Source of the DNA: Candidatus Poribacteria bacterium
GTDB taxonomy: Bacteria > Poribacteria > WGA-4E > UBA9662
Reading direction: 5' to 3'
DNA length: 64,000 bases
Assembly: GCA_036339735.1 (NCBI GenBank)
Contig: JAYZAL010000016.1
Span: 1-64,000 of the forward strand
The notes under the pieces were generated by a model. It saw nothing but the letters and a program-made list of their open reading frames with translations. It ran no database searches and was not told the DNA's origin. The position numbers and the translations under genes are program-made. Position 1 is the stretch's first letter. Every line of letters begins with the position of its first letter. Of the stretch, positions 1-9,514 are shown in pieces.

Positions 1-1746
1 TTGAATATTATCAAAGAAACTACACTTGTCAATATGGCGCAAATTGACAAATTTGATCAATCATTCGTGGAGCAGACTCATCGACCAAATGTATCTTACC
101 TAAATTGTTTGGATATAGCTCTGCAAGCTGGAAAAATAGAACTTAACACTCAAGGAAATGGTGTACTAGTTTTCCCTCTAGAGCGTGCTGGAGTCCTTTG
201 GTTCGACATAATGATCTTAGGCGGTCTGGCAGAAAATGAATTTCCATCGTCTTGCCCACTCAATCTTTTTGATCTAGGCCAAAAAGTTAGAGATGGTCAA
301 ATGGACCATCTCTACGAAGAACGTCTTATGTTTTTTAACGCGCTTAGTTTACCTAGCCAAAGACTATATTTAACCTACCCCACTAATGATCACTCTGCTG
401 AGTTGGGTAAGTCTTCATTTATAGACCACTTGGAGAATATTGTCGATATAAGTGGTTTGGAAATGGAAAATGATAAACCAATTTTTACCACAGAATCTTT
501 CTTACGCCATTATGGTATAAATCAATACCATCAAGATCCAAAAAGTGGGAACCATAGTCAAACCTTGTTTTTACCTTCTAATCAAATTGATGAGCAGCAA
601 CTAAAACTGATTAATCATACTGTTTGGGTCGAAAAATCTCGCTTGGAAACAGGTACAGCACCCGAATATAAAGGGCAGATAGATATGGATAAGGTTGCTG
701 AGCAACATTTTCTAAAGCTGAAAAACAAGTCCTACTCTGTAAGTCAATTGGAACAATATGGGCGTTGTCCTTTCCAGTATTTCGCTCATCACGTACTGAA
801 TTTAGCAATCAATCAAGGTGATATAACCGAAAATAGATACTTACCCAGCCTTCAAAAAGGAAATTTACTCCACAAAATTTTGTTTGACTTTTATAGCGAA
901 AGAAAAGATTCAGATAGGCTCGATGAGTTGAGATCAGAAGGTTACCTCAGAGTTGCACAACTTGATCTGTCAAAAACTGCACAAAAACATCTTGATCTTT
1001 ATTCCAAGGAACATCAAATAAAACCTGACTTGTTCTGGGAAATAGAAACCGAAGAAATCGTCGGTTCAGCTCATCGAACAGGTTTATTAGAACAATTTTT
1101 AAAATTAGATTTCGAGCAAAAAAATTTAGCGGTTAAGCCTAGATATTTCGAGGTGGCTTTTGGCTCAATTGCCACACAAAAAGGGAAAGATCGAGAATTG
1201 GGTCAATCTGAGCCATTACAACTCGGCCCAATTAAGGTTACTGGGAAAATTGACCGTATCGAAATCGGAGATGGATTTTTTGTTATTGCTGACTACAAAA
1301 CCGGGTATTATGTCCCAACAATTTCGGAAATTTTAGCAGGCCTTAGTCTTCAACTACCAATTTATCTTCGAGTTGCCGAGCAACTACTGACCAACCAAAT
1401 TGAAAAGCCCAATAAGAGATGGAAAGGGGTAGCTGGAGTTTATTATCTTCTTCGTAATCAAGGGCAAATTAAATTGGGTTGCGGCGACAAGAACTATCTT
1501 GATCAAGCCTACAGTGTAGGGCGCCGTACTGCACAGATAATTCCCAATTCACGACAGAAACACCTAGAATCTTTAAATCAATTGGTCGATATCGCTCTCC
1601 AACATGCTTATAGATACGCAGAAAAAATTGAACAAGGCCATTTTCCACTGACCTCCCACGACAAGAAAAAAGTTTGTCGTTTTTGTAATTTCAAGCAAAT
1701 CTGTCGTGTGGGAACTATATCAGAAACAGGTAATACAGAGGAATAA
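1..1746 (+). CDS. AddB/RexB-like PD-(D/E)XK nuclease subunit, 5' truncated by the window edge
   Basis: SVSQLEQYGRCPFQYF, GKIDRIE...IADYKTG nuclease motif, QLPIY, and C-terminal CRFCNFKQIC. Together these give the 1+3 Cys Fe-S staple typical of AddB. N-terminal GLAENEFP...EERLMFFNAL resembles the inactive helicase domain. Confidence 0.8.
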   Translation: MNIIKETTLVNMAQIDKFDQSFVEQTHRPNVSYLNCLDIALQAGKIELNTQGNGVLVFPLERAGVLWFDIMILGGLAENEFPSSCPLNLFDLGQKVRDGQMDHLYEERLMFFNALSLPSQRLYLTYPTNDHSAELGKSSFIDHLENIVDISGLEMENDKPIFTTESFLRHYGINQYHQDPKSGNHSQTLFLPSNQIDEQQLKLINHTVWVEKSRLETGTAPEYKGQIDMDKVAEQHFLKLKNKSYSVSQLEQYGRCPFQYFAHHVLNLAINQGDITENRYLPSLQKGNLLHKILFDFYSERKDSDRLDELRSEGYLRVAQLDLSKTAQKHLDLYSKEHQIKPDLFWEIETEEIVGSAHRTGLLEQFLKLDFEQKNLAVKPRYFEVAFGSIATQKGKDRELGQSEPLQLGPIKVTGKIDRIEIGDGFFVIADYKTGYYVPTISEILAGLSLQLPIYLRVAEQLLTNQIEKPNKRWKGVAGVYYLLRNQGQIKLGCGDKNYLDQAYSVGRRTAQIIPNSRQKHLESLNQLVDIALQHAYRYAEKIEQGHFPLTSHDKKKVCRFCNFKQICRVGTISETGNTEE

Positions 1747-1805
1747 TGAGCCTAACTTATTGCCTATTTGTCAAAGTCAATAGCAATCTTAATTGTCTGT
1801 TTTCT

Positions 1806-1834
1806 TCGACGGATAGTCTGGTTCTTGTTATAAT
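1806..1834 (+). promoter_or_regulatory. sigma70-type promoter of the ABC operon
   Basis: TCGACG-17 bp-TATAAT with extended -10 (TGnTATAAT), about 40 bp before the ATG at 1877. RBS GAAGGA present. Confidence 0.55.
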
Positions 1835-1876
1835 GCATGATGTTAGTCTCTTAAAAGCTATACATGAAGGAAGTAC

Positions 1877-3691
1877 ATGAAACAGGGTAAAACTAAGCAA
1901 CAATTATCATTGCTAAAGTTGACAGCCGCTTGGCAATCGATATTTCTAGTCATATGTTTATCCGCCCTTTTAGGGTGTGGTCAGACAAATAACGAGCAAA
2001 GAATAGAAACAAAAAAGAAAGCTAAAATCAGTCGACAAGATACTGTTATTTTCGACCATGAAGGGGGACCAATCCCTGACCCACATAACCTAAATCCACT
2101 TGTGCCTTCACCCACTGGTCCCGGAATGAGGCAATCTTGCTGGGAACCTTTGTTTATCCTGAACTATGAGACTGGGGATATCGAATCTTGGACAGGAGAA
2201 TTCTTCACGCCCAATGAAAGCTTAGATATTTGGACACTTAAAATTCGTGCCGGGGTTGAATGGTCCGATGGAGAAGCCTTCGACGCTGATGATGTAATAT
2301 TTACTATTAATACTCTCCTAAATGATGCAACACAGTCTTTAGGTGATGCGGCCAGCATGCAACAATGGGTAGATACAGTGGAAAGAATAGACCCACTGAC
2401 AGTCCGATTTAATTTAAAAGGGCCAAATCCACGCTTTAAATTGGACTATTTTTCGGTTCGTGTAGGCAGTAGTATGGTCATTTTGCCTGAACATGTTTGG
2501 GCTGATCAAGATCCTGCCACATTTAAATTTTACGATCCTGAAAAGGGTTGGCCCATTGGGACGGGAGCGTATCGGTTAGTCAGTGCCAGCGAAAATGAAT
2601 TTGTTTTTGATCGTCGGGAAGATTGGTGGGGGGCTAAATCGAATTTTCGCGAGTTACCAGAGCCTAAGCGATTATTATGGGTTGTCACTGGATTAGAAGA
2701 AAATAGAGCTCTACTTGCCGCCGAAAGCGAACTAGATAGCATTATGGATATTACACTCGGGGCCTTCGAGAGCATCCGTGCACAGAATTCCAATGTAGTG
2801 GCTTGGAAAGATGAAATGCCATACGTTTGGCTAGATCCTTGTCCCCGTCAACTATCAGTTAATCATACTATTCCTCCCTGGGATAATCCTGATATGCGAA
2901 AGGCTATCAGCCTCATTATCAATCGAGAGCAAGTAGTCGAAATAGCTTATGAAAATACTAGTTTCCCTTCCAAGACTATATTTGTTGAATATCCAGCGAT
3001 GCAACCCTATATAAATGCTATGCGGGATTTATGGATTGATCCGAAGGATAATATAGCTGCAGGTAAGCTTTTGATCGAGGCCAATGGTTGGAAAATCGGC
3101 AATAATGGATTCTACCAAAAGTCAGGAACAGAATTGACACTAAATATTCAAACACACGAAGCCTTCATTGAAAAAAGGAGGATTGCTGAAATCGTGGTGG
3201 AACAACTAAGAGCAGCGGGGATTAACGCATCCACTCGTGCCATTGCCGGTGCTACATGGGATGAAAACAAAGCCTTTGGGAATTTCGAAGCTGTGATGGA
3301 TTGGGACGCTTGCGGTTCAGTTAACGAGCCCTGGCTATCAATGAACCGCTATACTCAACAATTTCTACGGCCAATTGGTGAACGATCGCCTGGTCTCAAC
3401 AACTATGTCAGGTGGAGTGGAGCTAATGCCGATGAATACAGCCAAATTGTAAGTGAAATTGGGGTAATACCCCTTGGCGATCCTAAAATAGAGTTGATGG
3501 TAGCTAAAGCTATGCAGCTTTTCATGACAGACCAAGTCGTGATTCCAATTACACAAGCACGAAAATTGATTCCGTTCGTAACTACTTATTGGGAAGGTTG
3601 GCCAACTGAAGAAAATAATTATCATCACCCTCCGACTTGGTGGATGAGTACTCATCAAATTATACAGAAGTTGAAAAAAACTAGGAAGTAG
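1877..3691 (+). CDS. ABC transporter substrate-binding lipoprotein, family 5 (OppA/DppA-like, possibly oligosaccharide-binding)
   Basis: Lipobox LLGC; WTLKIRAGVEWSDGEAFDADDVIFT and PIGTGAYRL family-5 motifs; upstream of permeases and ATPases. Confidence 0.9.
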   Translation: MKQGKTKQQLSLLKLTAAWQSIFLVICLSALLGCGQTNNEQRIETKKKAKISRQDTVIFDHEGGPIPDPHNLNPLVPSPTGPGMRQSCWEPLFILNYETGDIESWTGEFFTPNESLDIWTLKIRAGVEWSDGEAFDADDVIFTINTLLNDATQSLGDAASMQQWVDTVERIDPLTVRFNLKGPNPRFKLDYFSVRVGSSMVILPEHVWADQDPATFKFYDPEKGWPIGTGAYRLVSASENEFVFDRREDWWGAKSNFRELPEPKRLLWVVTGLEENRALLAAESELDSIMDITLGAFESIRAQNSNVVAWKDEMPYVWLDPCPRQLSVNHTIPPWDNPDMRKAISLIINREQVVEIAYENTSFPSKTIFVEYPAMQPYINAMRDLWIDPKDNIAAGKLLIEANGWKIGNNGFYQKSGTELTLNIQTHEAFIEKRRIAEIVVEQLRAAGINASTRAIAGATWDENKAFGNFEAVMDWDACGSVNEPWLSMNRYTQQFLRPIGERSPGLNNYVRWSGANADEYSQIVSEIGVIPLGDPKIELMVAKAMQLFMTDQVVIPITQARKLIPFVTTYWEGWPTEENNYHHPPTWWMSTHQIIQKLKKTRK

Positions 3692-3700
3692 GTCAAGTTA

Positions 3701-5497
3701 GTGAAGTATGTTTCTTTGTCAATTGTCAATTTATTGATTTTTTCCCTTTTTATCTTGTTTTTGCTAGTATGGAGTCCGATTTGTGAGCAGTCGCTTGCAG
3801 CTTTGAAGCGAGTACCACGATCCGATACGGTTATTTTTGACGCATACGGTAGAATAGCTAACCCCTTCGTTTTCAACTGGATGGTTCCGGGTGTTACCCG
3901 TAGTCATGGAATGCACCAGTCTGTCTGGGAGCCATTATTTATTCTTAATTATGAAACGAACCAGATCGAACCTTGGCTAGGTATCAGTTTCGTTCCAAAT
4001 TCAGATTTGAATGTTTGGACGCTTAAAATCAGAAATGGAATTCAGTGGTCTGATGGCGAAGAATACAATGCAGATGACATTATATTCACTATTAATTTAC
4101 TACTTAAAGACGAAACACAAACCCTGAATGAAGCTGCCAATATGCAACAATGGGTTAAAAAAGTTGAAAAAGTTGATTCTCTGACAGTTAAATTCATACT
4201 AAAAAGACCAAACCCTCGTTTTCAATTAGACTATTTTTCGGTTCGAGTATGGGGGAATGTTGTGATTCTTCCACAACATGTTTGGGAAGATAAGGATCCG
4301 TTTACCTTTACTAATTTCGATTTAAACCAAGATTGGCCTTTAGGTACTGGGCCCTACCGGTTGGTACAAGCGAAAGAACATGAATTTATTTACGATCGGC
4401 GAGATGATTGGTGGGGGGGGGTAACTGGCTTTTCGGACTTACCCGAACCCAAAAGATTAGTTTGGGTTGTAACAGGTGTAGAGGAGAATCGCTCACTGCT
4501 CGCTGCTAATAGTGAACTTGATGCTGTTGGCGGTATTACCTTGGGTGCATTCGAAGCGATTTCTGCTATGAACCCAAATATGATTGCTTGGAAAAAAAAG
4601 ATGCCTTTTGTCTGGCTGGACCCATGTCCGCGTCAAATTTCGCTCAACCATACCGTTCCACCTTGGGACCAAGCAGAGATGAGACGTGCAATCAGCTTGA
4701 TCATTGATCGCCGCCAAATCGTTGAAATTGCTTATGAAGGAACTTCGTTTCCTTCCAAATCAATTTTTGTAGCATATCCGGGTATGCAGCCTTTTTTAGA
4801 TGCTATTTCACACCTATGGATACCAGAGACCAACGATATTTCATCTGCACAGAAAATCATTGAAGCCAATGGATGGAAGTTGAGTAAAGACAAAAAACCA
4901 TTCTACAAGAAAGAGATGAATGATGGGAGTGTCTCTACGCTGTCTCTCAATTTGCAAACTGAAGCGTCAGGGATTGAACTACGCCGGGTCGCGGATGTAG
5001 TCGTAGAGCAACTTCGATCGGCTGGCATCTTAGCTACCAATCGAGCGGTAGAAGGTGCAACTTGGAACGATAATAAAGCTTATGGAAACTTTGAAGGTGT
5101 AGTGGATTGGGATGCATGTGGTTCTGTGAATGAACCTTGGCTAAGTATGAATCGATATACTAGCCAATTTCATCGACATGTTGGTGATCGATCGCCAGGT
5201 AATAATAATTTTGTCCGTTGGAAAGGGAAAAAAGCAGACCAGTATAGCCAATTAGTTGCTGAGATTGGAGTCTTACCACTTGGATCTACCAGTATTGAGC
5301 CCCTTTTTATTGAAGCTATGGAATTATTTCAGGAAGAGCAAGTAGTAATTCCACTCAACCAAGCTATTATGTTAATCCCATTTGATACAACTTACTGGAC
5401 TGGTTGGCCTTCTGAAAAAAATAACTATATTCATCCCCCAATGTGGTGGATGAGTGCTCATCGCGTCATTCATAATCTTGAGAAAGTCAAACGTTGA
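3701..5497 (+). CDS. second family-5 ABC substrate-binding protein, paralog of the preceding gene
   Basis: WSDGEEYNADDIIFT, PLGTGPYRL; long blocks shared with 1877..3691; hydrophobic N-terminus without an obvious lipobox. Confidence 0.9.
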   Translation: MKYVSLSIVNLLIFSLFILFLLVWSPICEQSLAALKRVPRSDTVIFDAYGRIANPFVFNWMVPGVTRSHGMHQSVWEPLFILNYETNQIEPWLGISFVPNSDLNVWTLKIRNGIQWSDGEEYNADDIIFTINLLLKDETQTLNEAANMQQWVKKVEKVDSLTVKFILKRPNPRFQLDYFSVRVWGNVVILPQHVWEDKDPFTFTNFDLNQDWPLGTGPYRLVQAKEHEFIYDRRDDWWGGVTGFSDLPEPKRLVWVVTGVEENRSLLAANSELDAVGGITLGAFEAISAMNPNMIAWKKKMPFVWLDPCPRQISLNHTVPPWDQAEMRRAISLIIDRRQIVEIAYEGTSFPSKSIFVAYPGMQPFLDAISHLWIPETNDISSAQKIIEANGWKLSKDKKPFYKKEMNDGSVSTLSLNLQTEASGIELRRVADVVVEQLRSAGILATNRAVEGATWNDNKAYGNFEGVVDWDACGSVNEPWLSMNRYTSQFHRHVGDRSPGNNNFVRWKGKKADQYSQLVAEIGVLPLGSTSIEPLFIEAMELFQEEQVVIPLNQAIMLIPFDTTYWTGWPSEKNNYIHPPMWWMSAHRVIHNLEKVKR

Positions 5498-6528
5498 AAT
5501 TGTCCGTAAGTCGTTCATTTTTACTTCGTAAGTTAGGACTATTTCTGCTAACTGTTTGGATTAGTGCCACGCTGATTTTTATCATTCCTCGTCTCGCTCC
5601 TGGAGACCCCATTTCGGCAATGATAGCTCGTATGTCCCAGCAGTCTGGCTATGTTGAAAATGCGGATAAAATTATTGAAGGTTGGAAAGAACGTTTCGGT
5701 TTAAATGATCCCATTTTAATTCAATATGTTCGTTACCTAGGTAATCTGGTCCGGTTTGATCTTGGTTACTCGATGGCATCCTTTCCGGCAACTGTTACTG
5801 AGATGATTGCTCGTTCTTTGCCTTGGACATTTGGTTTGTCTTTAGTTTCGATTATGCTGACCTTTATTGTTGGTAATTTCCTGGGAGCCACTTTGGCTTG
5901 GCACAAGACGCCTCGCTGGATAAAAATATGTATTCCACCAACCATGATTTTTACATCTATACCTGGTATGCTGGCTGGTTTAGCGCTACTCTACATATTT
6001 AGTTTTCGTATGCACCATTGGTTAGGTCTTTCTGCCCCATTATTCCCATTAAGAGGAGCTTATGGTCGAGGCATAGAGGTTGGTTGGAACTGGGAGTTTA
6101 TGCTTTCTGCAATCCATCATGGTATTTTACCCGTAGCTTCAATTGTTTTGGTCCGTTTTGGTTATTGGGCCTTGGGTATGCGTGGTATGATGATAACAGT
6201 TGAGGGTGAAGACTATATGAACTTGGCTCAGGCTAAGGGACTACCTCCCTTCTACATTCTCTACCGTTATATGATACGCAACGCTATTCTGCCTCAGATT
6301 ACCGGTTTGGTACTTAGTCTTGGTACCATGGTCGGTGGGCAGGTTTTAGTAGAAATTATTTTTTCTTATCCTGGTATGGGTACACTGATCTACACAGCAA
6401 TTCGTAACCAAGATTTTCCCGTCATTCAAGGTGCAACTTTTGTTATTATCGTTGGTACGGCTTTAGCCGTATTTTTAATTGATTTGATATATCCACTGAT
6501 AGATCCTCGTATTTCCTACCAAAAATAA
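5494..6528 (+). CDS. ABC transporter permease (OppB/DppB-like)
   Basis: PGDP N-terminal motif, EAA-like loop EDYMNLAQAKGL, terminal DPRI; multiple TM segments. Confidence 0.92.
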   Translation: MKLSVSRSFLLRKLGLFLLTVWISATLIFIIPRLAPGDPISAMIARMSQQSGYVENADKIIEGWKERFGLNDPILIQYVRYLGNLVRFDLGYSMASFPATVTEMIARSLPWTFGLSLVSIMLTFIVGNFLGATLAWHKTPRWIKICIPPTMIFTSIPGMLAGLALLYIFSFRMHHWLGLSAPLFPLRGAYGRGIEVGWNWEFMLSAIHHGILPVASIVLVRFGYWALGMRGMMITVEGEDYMNLAQAKGLPPFYILYRYMIRNAILPQITGLVLSLGTMVGGQVLVEIIFSYPGMGTLIYTAIRNQDFPVIQGATFVIIVGTALAVFLIDLIYPLIDPRISYQK

Positions 6529-6538
6529 GTACGGTTAC

Positions 6539-7456
6539 ATGTCTGAAATAAACAAATCAACAAGTAGTGTGAAGCGTCTCAATAAATGGGATACACCTTG
6601 GTTGAACTGGAAGTTAATTCTAGGAATAAGTATAGTATTTCTAATTATTCTACTAGGGATTATCGGTCGGCTCCTTTGGGATACAGATTTAGTCTATGTT
6701 GGAAAATCTCCGTTAAATTTACCTCCAGTCGGTTTTGAAAATAGCCGCGGTCAATCTGGTACTTGGGAGCACCCGCTAGGCACCGAAAATAGTGGGCGTG
6801 ATATGCTCGCTTTGATTATTATCGGTGCGCCTAATTCTCTTTTAGTTGGTTTCGTGGCTGCTACTATTGGTATCGGTATTGGTATTCTTTTAGGTTTTTT
6901 ATCTGGCTTTATGGGTGGTATTTCTGACGATCTGGTTAGGTTAGTAGCTGGAATTACTATCACGATTCCAGCTTTATTGGTATTAATTATTATTCAGTCT
7001 CTAATGGAGCAAATTAGCTTGTTCACGATGTCAACCTTGCTAGCGATTTTCGCTTGGCCTGGACCTACATTGGTTATTCGCGGACAGGTACTAAGTATGC
7101 GGGAGAGCGGCTACGTTCAAATGGCACGGTTATCAGGAGTTTCAATATTCAGCATCATGTTTAAAGAAATCATGCCTAACTTACTACCGTATCTAGCTGC
7201 TAGTTTTATTGGCCAAGTTTCAGGATCAATTTTAGCGGCGGTCGGTCTAGAAACACTCGGCTTGGGACCACAAAGAATCCCCACGCTGGGTGGTACGCTC
7301 TACTTTGCTCTAGAAGCTGCTGCATTGCTTCGAAACATGTGGTGGTGGCTTGGCCTTCCAATTTTTATATTATCACTTATCTTTATCGGTTTACTGTTAA
7401 TTAATCTTGGACTCGATGAAGTTGCAAACCCCCGTTTGAGAAAGGCCAGTGCCTGA
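6539..7456 (+). CDS. ABC transporter permease (OppC/DppC-like)
   Basis: HPLGTENSGRD, ESGYVQMARLSG EAA loop, terminal NPRLR. Confidence 0.92.
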   Translation: MSEINKSTSSVKRLNKWDTPWLNWKLILGISIVFLIILLGIIGRLLWDTDLVYVGKSPLNLPPVGFENSRGQSGTWEHPLGTENSGRDMLALIIIGAPNSLLVGFVAATIGIGIGILLGFLSGFMGGISDDLVRLVAGITITIPALLVLIIIQSLMEQISLFTMSTLLAIFAWPGPTLVIRGQVLSMRESGYVQMARLSGVSIFSIMFKEIMPNLLPYLAASFIGQVSGSILAAVGLETLGLGPQRIPTLGGTLYFALEAAALLRNMWWWLGLPIFILSLIFIGLLLINLGLDEVANPRLRKASA

Positions 7457-7531
7457 AATGGAAGAAATAAAATCTACAAACTGTTGGTATTCGCTAATAT
7501 ATCTAATTGAAAGGTTTAACACGGTCTTACT

Positions 7532-8521
7532 ATGTCCAATAACCAACTATTAAGCGTCAAAGAGCTGCGTGTCTACTATGAAACGCCAACTGGAGACGTA
7601 AAGGCTGTAGATGGAATAAGTTTTGAACTTAAGGCTGGTGAAATGCTGGGATTAGTCGGAGAATCAGGATGTGGTAAATCAACAGCTGCAATGGGAATTT
7701 TACAACTCGTACAGCCACCAGGGAGAATAGTTTCTGGTCAAGTTAAACTGCAAGATCAGGAGCTATTGTCTTTATCTGAAAGCCAAATGCGTCGTTTGCG
7801 ATGGACGAGATTAGCTCTCATACCTCAAGGTGCGATGAATTCACTAAATCCAACGATGAAAATCTGTAGTCAAATTCAGGATGTGATTCTGGCACACGAG
7901 CCTAGTGGTGCTGGTAAACTAACTAAGACTCAGTTAAAAAAGCGAACTCTGGAATTACTAAAAATGGTAGGATTACCTGAACGTATTTATCAGATGTATC
8001 CACACGAACTGAGTGGCGGGATGAAACAGCGAGTTTGTATTGCTATGGCGGTAGCTCTTAACCCTAGCCTAATTATCGCAGACGAATCGACTAGTGCATT
8101 AGACGTAGTTGTACAGCGAGTCGTAGCACAGACTATCCTAGAAGTCAAACAAGCATTGGGTGTTTCAATGATTATGATCGGGCACGATATGGGGTTGATG
8201 GCTCAAATGGCTGATAGGATCGCAGTTATGTACGCCGGTAAAATCGTTGAGATTGGAACAGTATTCGACATTTTTAACAATGCTAGCCATCCGTATACTC
8301 AATTACTGATTGAATCAATTCCTTCTTTGACTGAGCGAAAACCGCTGAAAATCAGTAATGATGTAACGCATGATCCACGTTACCCACCACCGGGTTGTAT
8401 TTTTCAACTTAGGTGTCCTAGTGCCACTGATTACTGTCGAACAATTGCTCCTATAGAGCATTTAGTTGGAGAAAGCCATTCCGTGACTTGTCACTTATAC
8501 GAGCCTACTAATGCTACTTGA
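7532..8521 (+). CDS. ABC transporter ATP-binding protein (OppD/DppD-like)
   Basis: Walker A GESGCGKS, signature LSGGMKQR, Walker B IIADE, C-terminal Cys-containing oligo_HPY domain. Confidence 0.95.
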   Translation: MSNNQLLSVKELRVYYETPTGDVKAVDGISFELKAGEMLGLVGESGCGKSTAAMGILQLVQPPGRIVSGQVKLQDQELLSLSESQMRRLRWTRLALIPQGAMNSLNPTMKICSQIQDVILAHEPSGAGKLTKTQLKKRTLELLKMVGLPERIYQMYPHELSGGMKQRVCIAMAVALNPSLIIADESTSALDVVVQRVVAQTILEVKQALGVSMIMIGHDMGLMAQMADRIAVMYAGKIVEIGTVFDIFNNASHPYTQLLIESIPSLTERKPLKISNDVTHDPRYPPPGCIFQLRCPSATDYCRTIAPIEHLVGESHSVTCHLYEPTNAT

Positions 8522-9479
8522 ACTTTCTGAAGCCAGCAAAATTTACCAACAAAGAACTGGTCGGAAGCAAAACGACATAGTAGCTTTAGAAAATCTCAAC
8601 TTGGCAATAGCAGAGAAACCGGCAACTATAACAGCTATTGCCGGCGAGAGTGGGAGTGGAAAAACTACGTTAGCAAATTTGGTGTTGGGTTTTATCAAGC
8701 CAACTTCGGGTAGGATCATCTATCAAGGACAAGATCTTGAAACTGCGTCAACGAAACAACTGAAAGACTATCGACGTCAAGTACAAGCTATTTTTCAAGA
8801 TCCCTTTGGTGTATATAATCCTTTTTATCGAATTCAGCATGTTTTTAACTTGGTAATCAAAAATTTCGAATTAGGTAACGGAAAAGAACACGCTAGTGAT
8901 TTAGTCGAGTCTGCACTTAATATGGTCGGCCTGCAAGGCCAAGATATCCTCCGAAAATATCCACATCAATTGAGTGGTGGTCAAAGGCAAAGGATTATGA
9001 TGGCTCGAGCCTACTTAATTCAGCCCAAATTAATTGTCGCCGATGAACCAGTATCGATGGTGGATGCCTCTCTACGGGCATCAATTCTAGACTTGATGCT
9101 TAGATTGAAAGAAGAAAATGGTATTTCTTTCTTGTATATTACACACGATCTCAGTACAGCTTACCAGATTGGCGACCAAATTTATATCCTATACCAGGGG
9201 TCGGTAGCTGAAAAGGGATTGGCAACCAAAGTTATCGAAAGACCTCAACATCCTTATGTCAAACTTCTAATTGATTCGGTTCCTGTACCCGATCCATCGA
9301 TAAAATGGAAAAATGAGATTGAATTACCCGCAGAAGAAGAAATGCGAAATTCAGAAACAAAGGGCTGTCGGTTTTATCCTCGTTGCACAGTCCGTGTTGA
9401 TCAATGCTTATCGGCACAACCAGAGTTGATAAATGTGGATAGTGATCACAAAGTCGCCTGCTTCGAAATTGAAAAGTAG
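8511..9479 (+). CDS. ABC transporter ATP-binding protein (OppF/DppF-like)
   Basis: GESGSGKT, LSGGQRQR, IVADEP, HPY...GCRFYPRC. Confidence 0.95.
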   Translation: MLLELSEASKIYQQRTGRKQNDIVALENLNLAIAEKPATITAIAGESGSGKTTLANLVLGFIKPTSGRIIYQGQDLETASTKQLKDYRRQVQAIFQDPFGVYNPFYRIQHVFNLVIKNFELGNGKEHASDLVESALNMVGLQGQDILRKYPHQLSGGQRQRIMMARAYLIQPKLIVADEPVSMVDASLRASILDLMLRLKEENGISFLYITHDLSTAYQIGDQIYILYQGSVAEKGLATKVIERPQHPYVKLLIDSVPVPDPSIKWKNEIELPAEEEMRNSETKGCRFYPRCTVRVDQCLSAQPELINVDSDHKVACFEIEK

Positions 9480-9514
9480 AATGAAGAATATAAAAAATAA
9501 AAGAGTGTCATACC

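Noticed and set aside
1-1746. Cas4 or defence nuclease interpretation of the Fe-S PD-(D/E)XK protein
   Set aside because: Length and upstream helicase-like motifs fit AddB; there is no CRISPR context.
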